Made by a program: the position numbers and the translations under genes. Source: Limnohabitans sp. (GTDB taxonomy: Bacteria > Pseudomonadota > Gammaproteobacteria > Burkholderiales > Burkholderiaceae_C). Taken from it: a DNA stretch of 64,000 bases. The notes below the pieces were generated by a model. The model worked only from the letters and a program-made list of their open reading frames with translations. It searched no databases and was not told the origin of the DNA. The stretch spans positions 1,930 through 65,929 of the forward strand of contig NZ_JAOASQ010000017.1 of assembly GCF_030158565.1 (NCBI RefSeq). The letters are read 5' to 3'. This document shows positions 40,764 to 50,254 of the stretch, piece by piece (within the stretch, counting starts at the first letter, position 1; the number at the start of each line of letters is the position of its first letter).

Positions 40764-41648
40764 ATGTCACGAATTGGGTCATACACCGTTGCTGCCGGGG
40801 CATTGCTCCTGGGACTGCTGGGTTGCGGCGGCGGGGGCTGGAGCGGTGGCGACCCGATCACGGGCATCACCGCGACGAATTTCAAATACGGTCAATTGGC
40901 CACGCTGACGCTGACGGGCAATGCCCTGGACAACATCATCAAACTGTCCAGCGACAAATGCCTCTCGGTCACATTGGGCGCCATCGAGTCCTCATCCGTG
41001 CGGCATGCCACCTGCATCGTGGCCGCCACCGGCCCGATTGAATTCACCGTCAAAAGCAATGCGGATTACACGGTTTACAGCACATCGCTGACCGCCCCCG
41101 AGCCGGTTACGGGCATCAGCGCCAGCAATTTGAAATACGGCCAAACAGCCGTTCTCACGTTATCGGGCGATCCTCAAAACGGCTCGATCAAAGTGTCTTC
41201 CGACAAATGCACAGGCATGACACTGGATGCGGTCAGCTCGACGGCCACCCGCACGGCGCGCTGCACCGTGCCAGGCACAGGCGACATGAAACTCACGGTC
41301 ACCAACACCTCGGGGATCAGCACTTTTTACACACAAACCATCTCAGTGCTCGAGCACCAAGTGACTTTGGTCACGACACTGGGCACCGTAGTGATGGAGC
41401 TGAACCCGACGGCCGCACCGATCACGGTCAAGAACTTATTGAGCTATGTGAATCAGAGTACATCGTTTTACAACGGGACCATATTCCACCGGGTTCTCAC
41501 TGGATCTGTCGCACAAGGAGGTGGTTACGCTGTTTTCGGCAAAGTCATCTCGGGCTTGAATTTGATCATTCAAATCAGCAACCTTACCGCGACGTCAGAG
41601 AAACCCAATACAGAGGTCGTCATCACCTCCGCCACACAAACCCAGTAA
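40764..41648 (+). CDS. Lipoprotein with two ~83-aa tandem repeats and an internally truncated cyclophilin-type PPIase domain
   Basis: ATG at 40764. Signal peptide plus lipobox LLGLLGC. Repeats span aa 30-112 and 113-197 (each ...ITGI(T/S)A(T/S)N(F/L)KYGQ...SSDKC...C...). The C-terminus [30 protein letters not shown]...[21 protein letters not shown] matches cyclophilin, but the segment between QGGG and GYAVFGKV is missing. Confidence 0.75.
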   Translation: MSRIGSYTVAAGALLLGLLGCGGGGWSGGDPITGITATNFKYGQLATLTLTGNALDNIIKLSSDKCLSVTLGAIESSSVRHATCIVAATGPIEFTVKSNADYTVYSTSLTAPEPVTGISASNLKYGQTAVLTLSGDPQNGSIKVSSDKCTGMTLDAVSSTATRTARCTVPGTGDMKLTVTNTSGISTFYTQTISVLEHQVTLVTTLGTVVMELNPTAAPITVKNLLSYVNQSTSFYNGTIFHRVLTGSVAQGGGYAVFGKVISGLNLIIQISNLTATSEKPNTEVVITSATQTQ

Positions 41649-41685
41649 ACCCCAAGCCCATCGGGCCCAGGCAAGCCATACACAA

Positions 41686-41720
41686 CCCACCATCCTTGAT
41701 AATGGTGGGTTTTGTTTTTG
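41686..41720 (+). terminator. Intrinsic terminator after the lipoprotein gene
   Basis: Stem CCCACCAT/ATGGTGGG (41686-41709) with an 8-nt loop, followed by TTTTGTTTTTG. Confidence 0.7.
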
Positions 41721-41730
41721 TGGCTCCACC

Positions 41731-44631
41731 TTGAACTCTGATCGCCAAGACACCTATCTGGCTGCGGCCTTGCGGCAAACGCACATCAGTGTGCGGGGTG
41801 CGCGCACGCACAACCTGAAGAACATCGACCTCGACATCCCGCGCAACCAGCTGGTGGTGATCACCGGGCTGTCGGGCTCGGGCAAGTCGAGTCTGGCCTT
41901 TGACACGCTGTACGCCGAAGGCCAGCGCCGCTATGTGGAAAGCCTGTCGGCCTATGCGCGGCAGTTTTTGCAGCTGATGGACAAGCCCGATGTGGACCTG
42001 ATCGAGGGCCTGTCGCCCGCCATCAGCATCGAGCAAAAAGCCACCAGCCACAACCCACGCTCCACTGTGGGCACGGTCACCGAGATCCACGACTACCTGC
42101 GCCTGCTGTACGCACGCGCTGGCACGCCCTACTGCCCCGACCACAACTTGCCCCTGCAGGCGCAGACCGTGAGCCAGATGGTGGACGCCGTGCTGGCCCT
42201 GCCCGAAGACACCAAGCTGATGATCCTCGCGCCGATTGCGCGTGAGAAAAAAGGCGAGTTCGAGAAGGTGTTTGAGCAAATGCAGGCGCTGGGCTATGTG
42301 CGCTTTCGCATCAATGGCCAGACCTTCGAGGTGGAAGACCTGCCCACGCTCAAGAAGACCGAAAAGCACAACATCGACGTGGTGGTGGACCGGCTGAAGG
42401 TGCGGTCCGAGGCGGATGCCAAAGCCCGCGACGCCCTGCGCCAGCGCCTGGCCGAGAGCTTTGAGGCCGCGCTGCAACTGGCCGAGCACCGCGCCGTGGC
42501 GCTGGAGATGGACACGGGGAAAGAACACCTGTTCAACGCCAAATTCTCCTGCCCGGTGTGCAGCTATTCCATCAGCGAGCTGGAGCCGAGGTTGTTCTCG
42601 TTCAACTCGCCCATGGGCGCCTGCCCCACTTGCGACGGCATTGGCACCATGGCGTTTTTCGATCCCGAGCGGGTGGTGGCCTTTCCGTCGCTCAGCCTGG
42701 CCAGTGGGGCCATCAAGGGCTGGGACCGGCGCAACGGTTTTTACTTCAGCATGCTCGAAAGCCTGGCCAAGCATTACCAGTTCGACATCGAAACCCCGTT
42801 TGAAAAGCTGCCCGCCAGTGCACAACAAGTGCTGTTACACGGCTCAGGCGAGGAAGAAATCAAGTTCAGCTATGTGATGGAATCCGGTGCCTCGCAGGGC
42901 AAGAAGGTCAGCAAGAAGCACCCGTTTGAAGGCATCATCCCCAACATGACGCGGCGCTACCGCGAGACCGACTCGGCGGTGGTGCGCGAAGACCTGGCGC
43001 GTTACCGCAACACGCAGGCCTGCACCGATTGCCAAGGCACGCGCTTCCGGCGCGAAGCCCGCCATGTGCGCATTGGCGAAGGCGATCAGGCCCGCGCCAT
43101 TTACGAGATCAGCCACATCACGCTGGGCGAGTCGCAGCAGTATTTTCAGGGCCTGACCATGCACGGGGCCAAGGCCGAGATTGCCGACAAGGTGGTGCGC
43201 GAGATCGCGCTGCGTTTGAAGTTCTTGAACGACGTGGGCCTGAATTACTTGAGCCTGGACCGCAGCGCCGACACGCTGTCGGGCGGTGAATCGCAGCGCA
43301 TCCGCCTGGCCAGCCAGATCGGCTCGGGACTGACAGGCGTGATGTATGTGCTGGATGAGCCCAGCATCGGCCTGCACCAGCGCGACAACGACCGCCTGAT
43401 CGGCACGCTGCAACACCTGCGCGACATCGGCAACAGCGTGCTGGTGGTCGAGCACGACGAAGACATGATCCGCGTGGCCGACCATGTGATCGACATGGGG
43501 CCGGGTGCAGGTGTGCACGGTGGGCGCGTGATGGCACAAGGCACTTGCGCCGACATCCTGGCCGCGCCCGACTCGGTCACCGGCCAGTACATGTCGGGCC
43601 GTAAAAAAATCGAAATCCCCAAACGCCACAAAGCGGGCAAGGACTTCATCGAGATCGTAGGCGCCAAAGGCAACAACCTGAAAAACGTGAACGTGAAGTT
43701 CCCCGTGGGCTTGCTCACCTGCGTGACGGGTGTCTCGGGCTCGGGCAAATCCACTTTGGTCAACGACACGCTGTACACCGCAGCCGCCCACCAGATCCAC
43801 CGGGCCCACGACGAAGCGGCCGCACACGAAGAGATCAAAGGACTGGAGCACTTCGACAAGGTCATCAACGTCGACCAGTCCCCCATTGGCCGCACGCCCC
43901 GCAGCAACCCCGCCACCTACACGGGCCTGTTCACCCACATCCGCGAGCTGATGGCCGAAGTACCCGCGGCCCGTGAGCGCGGCTACGGCCCCGGACGCTT
44001 CAGCTTCAACGTGACCGGTGGCCGCTGCGAAGCCTGCCAAGGCGACGGCATGGTCAAAGTGGAGATGCACTTTTTGCCCGATGTGTACGTGCCCTGCGAC
44101 GTGTGCCACGGCATGCGCTACAACCGCGAAACGCTCGAAGTGCAATACAAGGGCCAGAACATCGCGCAGATCCTGAACATGACGGTGGAAGCAGCGCACC
44201 AGTTCTTCAGCGCTGTGCCCAACATCGCACGCAAATTGCAAACCCTGCTCGACGTGGGCTTGACCTACATCCGCCTGGGCCAGAGTGCGACGACTCTTTC
44301 GGGCGGCGAAGCGCAACGCGTCAAGCTCGCGCTGGAGCTGTCCAAGCGCGACACGGGCCGCACGCTGTACATCCTGGACGAGCCCACCACGGGTCTGCAC
44401 TTTGCCGACATCGATTTGCTGCTCAAAGTGCTGCACCAGCTGCGCGACGCGGGCAACACCATCGTCATCATCGAACACAACCTCGACGTCATCAAAACCG
44501 CCGATTGGTTGATCGACATGGGGCCTGAGGGTGGTGCGGGCGGCGGCACGGTGCTGGGTGAGGGCACGCCCGAGCAGCTGGCCAAAAACAAGGCGAGCTT
44601 CACGGGCCACTATTTGGCGCGTTTGCTTTAA
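41731..44631 (+). CDS. uvrA: Excinuclease ABC subunit A
   Basis: 966-aa ORF with two ABC ATPase modules ([28 protein letters not shown]; [11 protein letters not shown]) and zinc-finger Cys clusters. There is no ATG near the start; the candidates are TTG 41731 (track) or TTG 41770 ([18 protein letters not shown], which resembles the E. coli N-terminus spacing). Confidence 0.95.
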   Translation: MNSDRQDTYLAAALRQTHISVRGARTHNLKNIDLDIPRNQLVVITGLSGSGKSSLAFDTLYAEGQRRYVESLSAYARQFLQLMDKPDVDLIEGLSPAISIEQKATSHNPRSTVGTVTEIHDYLRLLYARAGTPYCPDHNLPLQAQTVSQMVDAVLALPEDTKLMILAPIAREKKGEFEKVFEQMQALGYVRFRINGQTFEVEDLPTLKKTEKHNIDVVVDRLKVRSEADAKARDALRQRLAESFEAALQLAEHRAVALEMDTGKEHLFNAKFSCPVCSYSISELEPRLFSFNSPMGACPTCDGIGTMAFFDPERVVAFPSLSLASGAIKGWDRRNGFYFSMLESLAKHYQFDIETPFEKLPASAQQVLLHGSGEEEIKFSYVMESGASQGKKVSKKHPFEGIIPNMTRRYRETDSAVVREDLARYRNTQACTDCQGTRFRREARHVRIGEGDQARAIYEISHITLGESQQYFQGLTMHGAKAEIADKVVREIALRLKFLNDVGLNYLSLDRSADTLSGGESQRIRLASQIGSGLTGVMYVLDEPSIGLHQRDNDRLIGTLQHLRDIGNSVLVVEHDEDMIRVADHVIDMGPGAGVHGGRVMAQGTCADILAAPDSVTGQYMSGRKKIEIPKRHKAGKDFIEIVGAKGNNLKNVNVKFPVGLLTCVTGVSGSGKSTLVNDTLYTAAAHQIHRAHDEAAAHEEIKGLEHFDKVINVDQSPIGRTPRSNPATYTGLFTHIRELMAEVPAARERGYGPGRFSFNVTGGRCEACQGDGMVKVEMHFLPDVYVPCDVCHGMRYNRETLEVQYKGQNIAQILNMTVEAAHQFFSAVPNIARKLQTLLDVGLTYIRLGQSATTLSGGEAQRVKLALELSKRDTGRTLYILDEPTTGLHFADIDLLLKVLHQLRDAGNTIVIIEHNLDVIKTADWLIDMGPEGGAGGGTVLGEGTPEQLAKNKASFTGHYLARLL

Positions 44632-44697
44632 ACGCGCTGCGCCCACGATATCTTCCTCTTCCTCTTCATTCATCTCATTTTGGAATTTCAAGCCTCC

Positions 44698-45096
44698 ATG
44701 AAAACCGTCATCCGTGCTTTCTTCCGAACCCTGCGCATCGTGCTGGGCCCCGTCATGCTGCTCAAGGAGCGACTGACCCAGCCCAAAGGCGTGCTGCGCG
44801 AAGCAGCGGCGCAAGCCAGCGTGGACCAGCAATGCCAAAGCCTGGCGCTGTACCAGTTCAGCACCTGCCCGTTTTGCATCAAGGTGCGCCAGGAAATGCG
44901 TCGCCTGTCGCTGCCCATTGAAAAGCGGGACGCGCAACACCACACCGCCAACCGCGACGCTTTGTTGCAAGGCACAGGCGCGACCCAAGTGCCGTGCCTG
45001 CGGATCACCGAAGCCGATGGTCAAACCCGTTGGCTGAAGGATTCGGCCGCCATCGTGGCTTATTTGCGCGAGCGTTTTGCAGCACCTGCCGCATAA
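44698..45096 (+). CDS. Glutaredoxin-family protein
   Basis: ATG at 44698 (MKTVIRAFFRTL...) with a CPFC active site (LYQFSTCPFCIKVRQ) and a thioredoxin-fold remainder (VPCL...). Confidence 0.8.
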   Translation: MKTVIRAFFRTLRIVLGPVMLLKERLTQPKGVLREAAAQASVDQQCQSLALYQFSTCPFCIKVRQEMRRLSLPIEKRDAQHHTANRDALLQGTGATQVPCLRITEADGQTRWLKDSAAIVAYLRERFAAPAA

Positions 45097-45248
45097 GGAA
45101 CGGCACCCCTTGTGCATGCGGACCAGCCACAGTGGCGGGTCTGGCGTCATCAGAAATACCATCACTTGATGCGCGTCAACAAACGCCCATGCGCACTTCG
45201 CTTGGCGTTCATATTTCCCTTGCACAATGGCGTTTTCAGGGAACAAAA

Positions 45249-45809
45249 ATGACCACGCCACGCACCCATTACGACGCTTTCAGCCGCACACTCCATTGGC
45301 TCACGGCGACTGCGGTCATCGCTGCCTTCGTGCTCGGGCCAGAACACTTTGGCCGCGAAATGCGCCAAGGTTTGGACCCGGCCACACGTTGGGACATCGT
45401 GATGCACGAATCGCTGGGCGTGTTGGTGATGACGCTGACCTTGCTGCGCCTGCTGTGGGTGGCGGTGCGCCCCACCCAACCCCAATTTGACATGCCCGGC
45501 TGGATGCACAAGACCGCAAAAGCCACGCACGGCTTGCTGTGGCTCATGCTGCTGGCCGTGCCGGTGAGCGCATTTCTGGCCTTGGGCAGCGCAGGCCATC
45601 CCCTGACCTTGTTGGGCGGTGTTCGCATCAGCGAATGGCCAGCAATGCTGCAATCGCAGCTTGTCCAATCGATCGACTGGGGTGACGTTCATGGCGCCTT
45701 GGGCGGCATGATCTTGTGGCTCTCAGGCCTGCACGCCGTGGCGGCCATTTACCACCACATCGTGCTCAAAGACGGTGTGCTGCGGTCCATGCTGCGTCCG
45801 AGCCGCTGA
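45249..45809 (+). CDS. Cytochrome b561 family protein
   Basis: ORF trimmed to the ATG at 45249 (MTTPRTHYDAFSRTLHWLTA...). It has four TM helices with conserved His residues (HW, HE, HG..., YHH), 186 aa. Confidence 0.85.
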   Translation: MTTPRTHYDAFSRTLHWLTATAVIAAFVLGPEHFGREMRQGLDPATRWDIVMHESLGVLVMTLTLLRLLWVAVRPTQPQFDMPGWMHKTAKATHGLLWLMLLAVPVSAFLALGSAGHPLTLLGGVRISEWPAMLQSQLVQSIDWGDVHGALGGMILWLSGLHAVAAIYHHIVLKDGVLRSMLRPSR

Positions 45810-45820
45810 GCCCAACCTCC

Positions 45821-46435
45821 ATGGAAACCGAACTCAAGCTCAGCCTTCAAGCCCAAGACCTGCCACGCCTGCTGGCCCATCCGCTGCTGTTGGCATCCGG
45901 CAGCAGGCAACGCCTGCTCAACACCTATTTCGACACGCCCGAGCTGGCCCTGCAACAAGCCCGCATGGCTGTGCGCGAGCGCCTGGCAGGCGCGCAATGG
46001 CTGCTGACCGTCAAGACCGCTGGACAAAGCACAGGCGGCTTGTCACGCCGCCAGGAATGGGAAGGCCCGACCACCCCCGGCGCGCTGCAGTTCGATCAGC
46101 TGCTGGATGACACAGCGCTCAGCCAAACGATGATGGCCTTGCGCCCCCGACTGCAAGCCATGTTCTGCACCGACTTTGAACGCCAGCGCTGGGTGATCGC
46201 CCATGGTGATGCGCAGATCGAAGTGGCGCTGGACCAAGGGCGCATCCATGTGCCTGGTACCGAGCGGAGCGAACCGATTTTGGAGTTGGAGCTTGAACTG
46301 CTCAGCGGCCCGGAATCGGCGCTGATGGCCCTGGCCGATGTGCTGTGCCAAACCCCGCAAGGTCCAGTTCAGCTCACGCCCAGCGATGCAAGCAAAGCGC
46401 AGCGGGGGCAGGCGCTATGGGCGCGCGGTCACTGA
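45821..46435 (+). CDS. CYTH domain protein (triphosphate tunnel metalloenzyme family)
   Basis: ATG at 45821. The N-terminal METELKLSL (ExExK) motif and alternating charged beta-strand pattern fit this family; 204 aa. Confidence 0.8.
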   Translation: METELKLSLQAQDLPRLLAHPLLLASGSRQRLLNTYFDTPELALQQARMAVRERLAGAQWLLTVKTAGQSTGGLSRRQEWEGPTTPGALQFDQLLDDTALSQTMMALRPRLQAMFCTDFERQRWVIAHGDAQIEVALDQGRIHVPGTERSEPILELELELLSGPESALMALADVLCQTPQGPVQLTPSDASKAQRGQALWARGH

Positions 46436-46459
46436 TAGGCCTTTGCCGCGCTGAACCGG

Positions 46460-46867
46460 TTACGCGGCGATCACCGTCAGCAAAGTCTGACCGTTGGCCA
46501 CCAGCTTTTCGCCTTCGGCATCCACCGCAAACAAATCACAGCTGGTGAACACCTGTGCTTTGCCGGGTTTAACCACCCGCGCACGGGCAATGAACTTTTG
46601 ACCCACGGCAGGACGCAGGCAGTTGACCGAAAAGTTGGCGGCCAACAAATTCGGCCCCGCCACGGTGCCAGCTGCAAATCCGCAGGCGGTGTCAATGAGT
46701 GTGCCGATCAAACCCGCATGCAAGTAGCCTGAATACTGCCCCACCTCTGGACGCCAGGGCATCTGGATTTCCACAAAGCCGGGTTCGGCCACCGTCACCT
46801 CAATGCCGCACCAGCGGTTGAACTCGGCCATGGCATTGATTTTTTTGAGCATGTCCAGTGGGCTCAT
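46460..46867 (-). CDS. PaaI-family hotdog thioesterase
   Basis: 135 aa with the pattern GYLHAGLIGTLIDTACGFAA typical of the PaaI/4HBT clade. It overlaps the upstream MerR gene by 4 nt. Confidence 0.8.
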   Translation of the reverse strand: MSPLDMLKKINAMAEFNRWCGIEVTVAEPGFVEIQMPWRPEVGQYSGYLHAGLIGTLIDTACGFAAGTVAGPNLLAANFSVNCLRPAVGQKFIARARVVKPGKAQVFTSCDLFAVDAEGEKLVANGQTLLTVIAA

Positions 46868-47223
46868 TTCGATTTCCTTTGCTTGGTTTCAAACCAACCG
46901 ATGTGGTCGATCAGCTTCTTGCGAAGTGCTTTGTGTTCAGCAATGACTTTGTCGATGTCGGCCACACGCTGGTGGATGGCTCCGATCATTTCGTAGGGCG
47001 ACAACTTGCCCGCTTTGAAGCGCGGCAAATACTCGGCAATGAAGGGCAGCGAAAAACCCATCTCCCGAGACATGGCGATGAAGATGACGTGCTTGACTGT
47101 TTTCTCGCCGTACTCGCGGTAGCCGTTGGGCAGTCGCTGGCTTTCAATGAGGCCGTCGGCCTCGTACCGCCGCAAGCGGTGTACCGACACACGGGTCTTG
47201 GCAGAGAGTTCTGAAATGCGCAT
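46864..47223 (-). CDS. MerR family transcriptional regulator
   Basis: 119 aa with N-terminal HTH MRISELSAKTRVSVHRLRRYEADGLI and a coiled-coil C-terminus. Confidence 0.88.
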   Translation of the reverse strand: MRISELSAKTRVSVHRLRRYEADGLIESQRLPNGYREYGEKTVKHVIFIAMSREMGFSLPFIAEYLPRFKAGKLSPYEMIGAIHQRVADIDKVIAEHKALRKKLIDHIGWFETKQRKSK

Positions 47224-47365
47224 AGATTCAGTCTAGCAACGCTCGCACTGCGCGAGGGTTATGGCCTTTGACGCATGGGCGACAAGCCAAAGCGACCGCT
47301 GCGCCGCAGGTGATACCCCATGCCCCAAGGCTGGTGTACAAAACACCCTTCAACCGGAGCCCCCG

Positions 47366-48541
47366 ATGACTGCACACAAAGCTTTGTCCCACGCCCAACC
47401 CACCGATGTGGGCCTGTGCCCCAAGCGCACGCAGCGCCTGATGGACGTGCTGCGCCGCGAAGTGGCCAGCGGCCGGTTGCCCGGTGCGGTGGCCATGGTC
47501 GCCCGGCGCGGTCAGATCGGCTTGTTCGAGGCTGTGGGCCAGCAAGACCCCGGCACGGGCGTGCCGATGAAGACCGACAGCATCTTCCGTATTTATTCGA
47601 TGACCAAGCCGGTGGTGTCGGTGGCGGTGATGATGCTGGTGGAACGTGGGCAGTTGCTCTTGAGCGACCCGGTCAGCCGCTGGTTGCCCGAATATGCGAA
47701 CCAGCAGGTGGCCACAGCCAATGGCCTGGAGCCGGTGCGGCAAGAAGCCACGGTGCAAGACCTGCTGCGCCACACGGCGGGGCTGACCTATGAATTTTTG
47801 GGCGACTCGGCCGTGCAGCGCCAATACGGGGCGGTGAAGATCGCCTCACGCGAGCGGACCAATGCCGAGTTCTCGCAAACGCTGGCGGGCGTGCCGTTGC
47901 AATTCCAACCCGGCACCGTGTGGGCCTACAGCCGCGCGACCGATGTGTTGGGGCGGCTGGTCGAGGTGGTCAGCGGGCAAGGTTTGGGCACATTTTTGCA
48001 GGCCGAAATCTTTCACCCGCTGGGCATGGTGGACACCGGCTTTGCCGTGCCGCCCGAGCAGCAGCACCGCATTGCCGAGCCCTTTGCGCACGACCCCGAT
48101 GGCGGTGTGCCGATGAAGGTGCTGGAGCCCCGCCAAGTGCCTGCCATGGAAGGCGGCGGCGGTGGCCTGATGTCCACCGCCATGGACTACACCCGCTTTT
48201 TGCAATGCCTGCGCAACCGGGGCGAGCTCCATGGTGTGCGCCTGCTCGGCCCCCACACGGTGGACTACATGACGGCCGACCACCTGGGCGGCATGCCGTC
48301 CAATGGCACCTTGCTGCCACCCGGCCACGGCTTTGGTCTGGGCTTTGCGGTCCGCACGCACCTCGGTGTATCGCCTGTGCCGGGATCGGTGGGCTTGTAT
48401 TACTGGGGCGGCATCGCGGGCACCACGTTTTTTGTGGACCCGGCACTGGACATGTACGCCATGCTGATGATCCAGGCACCCAACCAACGCGACTATTACA
48501 GACCGCTTTTCCGCGATCTGGTCTACGCGGCTTTGGTGTGA
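47366..48541 (+). CDS. Serine hydrolase (class C beta-lactamase/esterase family)
   Basis: ORF trimmed to the ATG at 47366. It has the SxxK nucleophile motif in IFRIYSMTKPV and a YSR (Y-x-N-like) element, 391 aa. Confidence 0.85.
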   Translation: MTAHKALSHAQPTDVGLCPKRTQRLMDVLRREVASGRLPGAVAMVARRGQIGLFEAVGQQDPGTGVPMKTDSIFRIYSMTKPVVSVAVMMLVERGQLLLSDPVSRWLPEYANQQVATANGLEPVRQEATVQDLLRHTAGLTYEFLGDSAVQRQYGAVKIASRERTNAEFSQTLAGVPLQFQPGTVWAYSRATDVLGRLVEVVSGQGLGTFLQAEIFHPLGMVDTGFAVPPEQQHRIAEPFAHDPDGGVPMKVLEPRQVPAMEGGGGGLMSTAMDYTRFLQCLRNRGELHGVRLLGPHTVDYMTADHLGGMPSNGTLLPPGHGFGLGFAVRTHLGVSPVPGSVGLYYWGGIAGTTFFVDPALDMYAMLMIQAPNQRDYYRPLFRDLVYAALV

Positions 48542-48575
48542 AGGTCTGGTAACAAAAAATCAAAGGAAGATTGGC

Positions 48576-50162
48576 ATGACCCATGAAGTGGACTACCTCG
48601 TCATCGGTGGAGGCTCGGGTGGCAGCGTGATAGCGGGCCGACTGAGCGAAGACGCCAATGTGCAGGTGATGCTGCTGGAGGCCGGCGGCCAAGGTGACAG
48701 CTGGCTGGTCAACACGCCCGCAGCGGCGGTGGCGATGCTGCCAACCCGCCTCAACAATTACGCATTTGAAACCGTCCCGCAAGCAGGTTTGAACGGCCGC
48801 AAGGGATACCAGCCGCGCGGCAAAGGTCTGGGGGGCTCATCCGCCATCAATGCCATGGTCTACACGCGCGGACACCGCGCTGACTACGACCACTGGTCTG
48901 ACTTGGGCAATGCGGGCTGGTCCTACGACGAGCTGTTGCCCTACTTCAAACGCAGCGAAAACAACCATCGCATCCACGACGGGTTTCATGGCAGCGATGG
49001 CCCCATGCATGTGTCTGACCTGCAGACCCACAACCCCTTCCAGCAGATCTACCTGAACGCCGCGCGTGAAGCGGCTTTCCCGATCAACGACGACTTCAAC
49101 GGCGCCACGCAAGAAGGCCTGGGCATCTACCAGGTGACGCAACGCAACGGTGAGCGCTGGAGCGCCGCGCGAGGCTACCTGCACCCACACATGGGCAAGC
49201 GTCAAAACTTGCATGTGGAGACCGGCGTTCAGGTCACCCGCATCGTGTTTGAAGGCCGACGCGCCGTGGGTGTCGAATGCCTGCAGTCGGGCAGCAAACG
49301 CGTGATCCGGGCACGCCGGGAAGTGATTTTGTGCGCGGGCGCCTTCCAGTCGCCGCAGTTGCTGATGGTCTCTGGCGTTGGGCCAGGGGCGCATTTGCAG
49401 CAACACGGCATCAAGGTGCTGCACGACTTGCCAGGCGTCGGCCAAAACCTGCAAGACCATCCGGACTTCATCTTTGGCTACGCCGCCAAGAGCCTGGATT
49501 TGATGGGCATCTCGCTGGGCGGCACAGTCCACATGGCCAAAGAGACATTGAAGTACATCCGCACACGGCAAGGCTTCATGGGCACCAACTACGCCGAAGC
49601 GGGCGGCTTCTTGAAAACAGACCCCTCGCTGGCGGCACCCGATGTGCAGCTGCATTTTGTGGTGGGGCTGGTGGAAAACCATGCACGCCAACTGCACGCA
49701 GCGCACGGCTATTCCTGCCACGTGTGTGTACTGCGCCCCAAGAGCCGTGGACAGGTCACACTGGCCCATGCCGATGCACGCCAAGCACCGCTGATTGATC
49801 CAGCCTTTCTGGCGCATGAAGACGATCTGGAAACCCTGCTCAAGGGCTACAAACTCACACAGCGATTGATGAACGCCCCCGCATTGGCCAGCGTTCGGCA
49901 CAAGGATGTATTCACTGCGGGCGTGCAAACGGATGACGAGATTCGCCAACTGTTGCGTGATCGATCAGACACCGTGTACCACCCAGTGGGCACCTGCAAA
50001 ATGGGCACCGATGCCATGGCGGTCGTTGACCCACAGCTCAAGGTCCACGGCCTCGAAAGCCTGCGTGTGGTGGACGCCTCTGTCATGCCCACGCTGATTG
50101 GCGCCAACACCAATGCCACCGTGATGGCGATCGCAGAAAAGGCCATCGATTTGATCCGCTGA
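48576..50162 (+). CDS. GMC family oxidoreductase (choline/alcohol dehydrogenase-like)
   Basis: 528 aa with FAD-binding DYLVIGGGSGGSV, a GGSSAINAM block and a C-terminal active-site His region (HPVGTCKMG). Confidence 0.9.
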   Translation: MTHEVDYLVIGGGSGGSVIAGRLSEDANVQVMLLEAGGQGDSWLVNTPAAAVAMLPTRLNNYAFETVPQAGLNGRKGYQPRGKGLGGSSAINAMVYTRGHRADYDHWSDLGNAGWSYDELLPYFKRSENNHRIHDGFHGSDGPMHVSDLQTHNPFQQIYLNAAREAAFPINDDFNGATQEGLGIYQVTQRNGERWSAARGYLHPHMGKRQNLHVETGVQVTRIVFEGRRAVGVECLQSGSKRVIRARREVILCAGAFQSPQLLMVSGVGPGAHLQQHGIKVLHDLPGVGQNLQDHPDFIFGYAAKSLDLMGISLGGTVHMAKETLKYIRTRQGFMGTNYAEAGGFLKTDPSLAAPDVQLHFVVGLVENHARQLHAAHGYSCHVCVLRPKSRGQVTLAHADARQAPLIDPAFLAHEDDLETLLKGYKLTQRLMNAPALASVRHKDVFTAGVQTDDEIRQLLRDRSDTVYHPVGTCKMGTDAMAVVDPQLKVHGLESLRVVDASVMPTLIGANTNATVMAIAEKAIDLIR

Positions 50163-50254
50163 ATTCACCCACCTCGGGTCGATATGATGGCGATCACGAT
50201 CTTGCTCCTTGCGGCAAACCAATCATCCACAACACCAGACAACGAGAGACAAAC

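Noticed and set aside
45097-45248. Intergenic gaps over 140 nt screened for tRNA or other small RNA genes (this gap plus 24082-24237, 33007-33149, 47224-47365 and 53646-53786)
   Set aside because: No tRNA-like T-arm (GTTCRANYC) or cloverleaf and no known sRNA signature was recognisable by eye. These gaps are treated as promoter or terminator spacers.
42844-45261. 805-aa minus-strand ORF
   Set aside because: It is antisense to the 3' half of uvrA and to the glutaredoxin gene, and is a shadow ORF.
50223-50231. DnaA-box-like TCATCCACA
   Set aside because: It is a single 8/9 match with no cluster, no AT-rich unwinding element and no dnaA/dnaN context.
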